A stretch of 48,195 bases of DNA from Comamonas sp. lk (lineage in GTDB: Bacteria > Pseudomonadota > Gammaproteobacteria > Burkholderiales > Burkholderiaceae_C). Below are positions 45,652 to 48,195 of this stretch, in pieces. Within the stretch, counting starts at the first letter, position 1. Every line of letters begins with the position of its first letter. The notes under the pieces were generated by a model. The model was given only the letters and a program-made list of their open reading frames with translations. It searched no databases and was not told where the DNA came from. The position numbers were made by a program, and so were the translations under genes. The stretch covers positions 1-48,195 of the forward strand of contig CAMDHS010000001.1 of the NCBI GenBank assembly GCA_945898115.1, read 5' to 3'.

Positions 45652-46560
45652 TCAGAGTCGCCAAATGGGGCGGACCTGCCAGTCGGCCGGAAAGCCCATG
45701 GCGTGCAGGGGTGGTTTGTGTTTAGCGATCAGTTGGTGCCACTGCTGCTTCCAGCTTGCGCTCTGGTGCATGCCATCGAGCAGGCAGGCCAGCATGGCCA
45801 GCGTGTTGTAAAGATTGCGTGGGCTGGCCAGGTGCAGGCCACCCACGACGGCGGCGGGCCGAGTACGCGGCAGCTTGAAGGTGAATGCGAACTCGCGGTT
45901 CCACAGGCGGCTGTGGTGCGCACAAATATTGCGGACGATGGCCAGGTGGTGCATGAAGGACACCAGCACGGTTTCATCGCAGTCAAACACACGGGCAATG
46001 CGGTTGCGGTCTGCGCTGGCTTTGATGTTGGCGTACCACCGGGAGAGTTGGCCCAGGGTCATGATCTCAACCGCCGACCAGATGGGGGGCAAGGGGTCGG
46101 AGTATTTGTTGCGCCAGTGTTTGATGAAGACTTCTTTGCTGTCGCCCACGTCTTTCGCCAATTGCTCCAGCGCGCTCGGGTGTGCCCACCGCGCATGGCT
46201 GGGCTGAAAGTGGCCGGGGTCTGACAAGGCGTGTGGGCCGTAGGCGATCGCAAACTGGTGGGTGAACTGGGTGCGAAGGGCGACTTCGACGTGCTCTATG
46301 GCGTCTAGCACCAGCAGCCGCAGCGCCCTGTCAAAGGCATACAGGCCGGCCACCGTCTCAAAGCGGGTGTCGGGCTTGAAGCCGTGGCTGGCGTGGTCTG
46401 CCTCAAATGGCAGCCAGTACGCGCCCAGGCGGTAGTAACTGATGTGTTGAAGCGTTTGCAGGGCGAATTGCTCGTCCTGGATCAGCATGCCGCGTGTGCG
46501 CAGCAATGCAATTTGTGCCGGCAGGCTGAGGGCCTGCTTGGTGAATGGCTGCTTAGCCAT
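45652..46560 (-). CDS. Abi_2 / AbiF-AbiD family HEPN protein
   Basis: QIALLRTRGM, ISYYRL..Y, LY.FDRALR, E.VEVALR, PIW..VE..TLG.LS and HEPN motif RNICAHH.RLWNR. Confidence 0.9.
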   Translation of the reverse strand: MAKQPFTKQALSLPAQIALLRTRGMLIQDEQFALQTLQHISYYRLGAYWLPFEADHASHGFKPDTRFETVAGLYAFDRALRLLVLDAIEHVEVALRTQFTHQFAIAYGPHALSDPGHFQPSHARWAHPSALEQLAKDVGDSKEVFIKHWRNKYSDPLPPIWSAVEIMTLGQLSRWYANIKASADRNRIARVFDCDETVLVSFMHHLAIVRNICAHHSRLWNREFAFTFKLPRTRPAAVVGGLHLASPRNLYNTLAMLACLLDGMHQSASWKQQWHQLIAKHKPPLHAMGFPADWQVRPIWRL

Positions 46561-46564
46561 GGCA

Positions 46565-46622
46565 CAAAAAAGTAACCCCCCATGGTGCGCAGATCTGACG
46601 AGATGCGTGGGGGGTGTTGTCG
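46565..46622 (-). ncRNA. Structured leader RNA of the Abi gene (abiF-motif-like candidate antitoxin or attenuator)
   Basis: ACCCCCCA/TGGGGGGT 8-bp stem, inner CGCA/TGCG and TCT/AGA stems, then TACTTTTTT 5 nt before the ATG. TACACT -10-like hexamer at 46634-46629. Confidence 0.6.
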
Positions 46623-46696
46623 ATGTGAAGTGTAGCGCAGGAAGCCAATGGCAGGCGTGCGCCAGCTTGAGGGCAGGAATTGCGTTGGGACATGGT

Positions 46697-47199
46697 TTAG
46701 ACCATTGCCCAGCAGACGCTGAGCAGGGTTTCGGTATGCGTGGTTTGGCTCATGCGCTCGGTGAATTGGGTGACCCGGGCCTCGCGCTGGCGCTGGATGT
46801 CGTCTTCGACCTTGAATATTTCTTGGTGCTCGCGGCGTTGTTGGCGCTCAAGCTTTTGGATATTTTGGCTGGAAGATTAAACTTTTCGCCCAGTTCCAGC
46901 GCCCATTGCTGACGCAGCGAAGCCGGGCAAATCACCAGCAACTGGCGGCGGCGCTCGGCCCAGTATTGGCATAAAACAATGCCCGCCTCAATGGTTTTTC
47001 CCAAGCCCACTTCGTCAGCCAACAGCACGCTCTTGGACAAGGGCGAATGCAGCGCGAAGATGGCGGCGTCGATCTGGTAGGGGTTGAGGTCAACGCTGGC
47101 GTTGAACAGGGCCTGTGACAAACGCTGCAAGTCGCCTCCAGCATGCTGCAAGGTCAAATCATGGGCGATGTACTTGGCCTGGCAGGGCGTAAGCTGCAT
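46697..47199 (-). pseudogene. Internally deleted SNF2-family helicase
   Basis: N-terminus with VDLNPYQ, LLADEVGLGKTIEAG and ICPASLRQQW..EL.EKFNL is joined out of frame to a helical C-terminal piece QKLERQQRREHQEIFKVEDDIQRQRE...TLLSVCWAMV*. Confidence 0.8.
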
Positions 47200-47406
47200 G
47201 GCGGAATTGGATTTTTTTGGGAAAGTGGACAGCGAAAGCTGAAAGCGTTCGACGCTTATAGCGGCTTGTCGAATCAATTTATTCAAATACAACAAATATG
47301 TATTTGGCAATAAAATTTAAGCACAAGCACCGCAGTTTTCACATTCCTGCATGGCGCGCATTAACCAAAAACTTTCGCCATTACGGCAGATCAGAGGCAG
47401 TCAACC

Positions 47407-47865
47407 ATGGATTACTTCCAGAGCATCGTTACTGAATACCTTCGGGCAAAGCGATGCGTTTTTGTCAATACCGAGTACCTGGTCAATTTGGATGCAGGAG
47501 ACAAGCAATACAAGGGGCGCCACTGGTATTGCGACGTTTTGGCTGTGAACTTTGAGGAGTCAACGTTGTACTTGTGCGAGGTGACGTACTCATCGACGAT
47601 GCAAGGGCTAATTTCGCGCTTGAAAGCGTGGGACACGCACTGGCAATTATTGGCGCCTGCCTTAATCCGAGACGCGTGCGTGCCAGACCATTGGAGCGTT
47701 CAACCCTGGATTTTTATTCCAAAAGAACAACACCGTTCTTTTGACGAGAAGTTCGCTCTTAACGGCACGATGCCCACCCCACGAGTGACCCACCTTGAAG
47801 AGATACTGCCCTGGAAATACCCCTCGTGGGATCGGAAGAGCGACGCTGTCGCTGGCGGCGCCTGA
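47407..47865 (+). CDS. Hypothetical protein, possible PD-(D/E)XK-like nuclease fold
   Basis: AT-richer 152-aa ORF with GAGG RBS and a CDVLAV...LYLCEVT pattern. The fold is an inference. Confidence 0.6.
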   Translation: MDYFQSIVTEYLRAKRCVFVNTEYLVNLDAGDKQYKGRHWYCDVLAVNFEESTLYLCEVTYSSTMQGLISRLKAWDTHWQLLAPALIRDACVPDHWSVQPWIFIPKEQHRSFDEKFALNGTMPTPRVTHLEEILPWKYPSWDRKSDAVAGGA

Positions 47866-47888
47866 TGGGGAAGGCGCTAACCTAAACC

Positions 47889-48195
47889 CTAGACCGTGCG
47901 CCGCAGCGCCTCAAAAAACAGCTCTGACTGCAGCCGCTCGATCATGCTTTGCTGGGCCACCAGCGCGGCCACTTCGGCGCCTACAGGCAGCAGCGGCAAG
48001 CCGGTGGACAAGGCCAGCACCTGGGCCATACAGGCGCGTTCCAGGAAATACAAATCGTCATAGGCGTAGTCCATGCGCTGGCCGCAGACCACCACGCCGT
48101 GGTTGCCCAAAAAGGCCACATCGGCGCCTTGCATGGCGGTGGCGATGCGTTCGCCCTCGCTGGCGTCCAGCGCCAAGCCGTTGTAGTGGGCGTCA
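47889..48195 (-). CDS. Class II aldolase/adducin family protein (3' part; 5' end outside window)
   Basis: YNGLALDASEGERIA, FLGNHGVVVCG and DLYFLERAC.AQVLA. Confidence 0.85.
   Translation of the reverse strand, partial: DAHYNGLALDASEGERIATAMQGADVAFLGNHGVVVCGQRMDYAYDDLYFLERACMAQVLALSTGLPLLPVGAEVAALVAQQSMIERLQSELFFEALRRTV

Overview
Most of this window (1 to about 45.4 kb) is an anoxygenic photosynthesis gene cluster of a GC-rich betaproteobacterium. Gene order and protein sequences look Rubrivivax/Rhodoferax/Limnohabitans-like, but that taxonomy is an inference. The plus-strand block is 'bchB-bchH-L-M-lhaA-puhA-B-C-acsF-puhE-crtI-crtB, followed by three extra ORFs. The minus-strand blocks are bciB-hydrolase-por(LPOR)-bchI-D-O and crtE-F-bchC-X-Y-Z-pufB-orf-pufA-L-M-C-crtA-D-C. 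Where the two halves converge (16-23.5 kb) there is accessory DNA: three broken toxin-antitoxin modules, an acyl-CoA ligase, and an AT-richer, translationally coupled operon of a second crtI plus an ABC-2 exporter. That operon lies between the intact crtC 3' end and a decayed copy of it. The right end is a decayed defence island: an Abi_2/AbiF HEPN gene with a structured leader RNA, an internally deleted SNF2 helicase and a possible nuclease. The best leads are the crtI2-ABC cassette and dual CrtI system, the bciB-hydrolase-LPOR-bchIDO operon behind a PpsR-like site, an atypical LH1 alpha chain, and the AbiF RNA. All calls come from motif recognition by eye; no searches were run.
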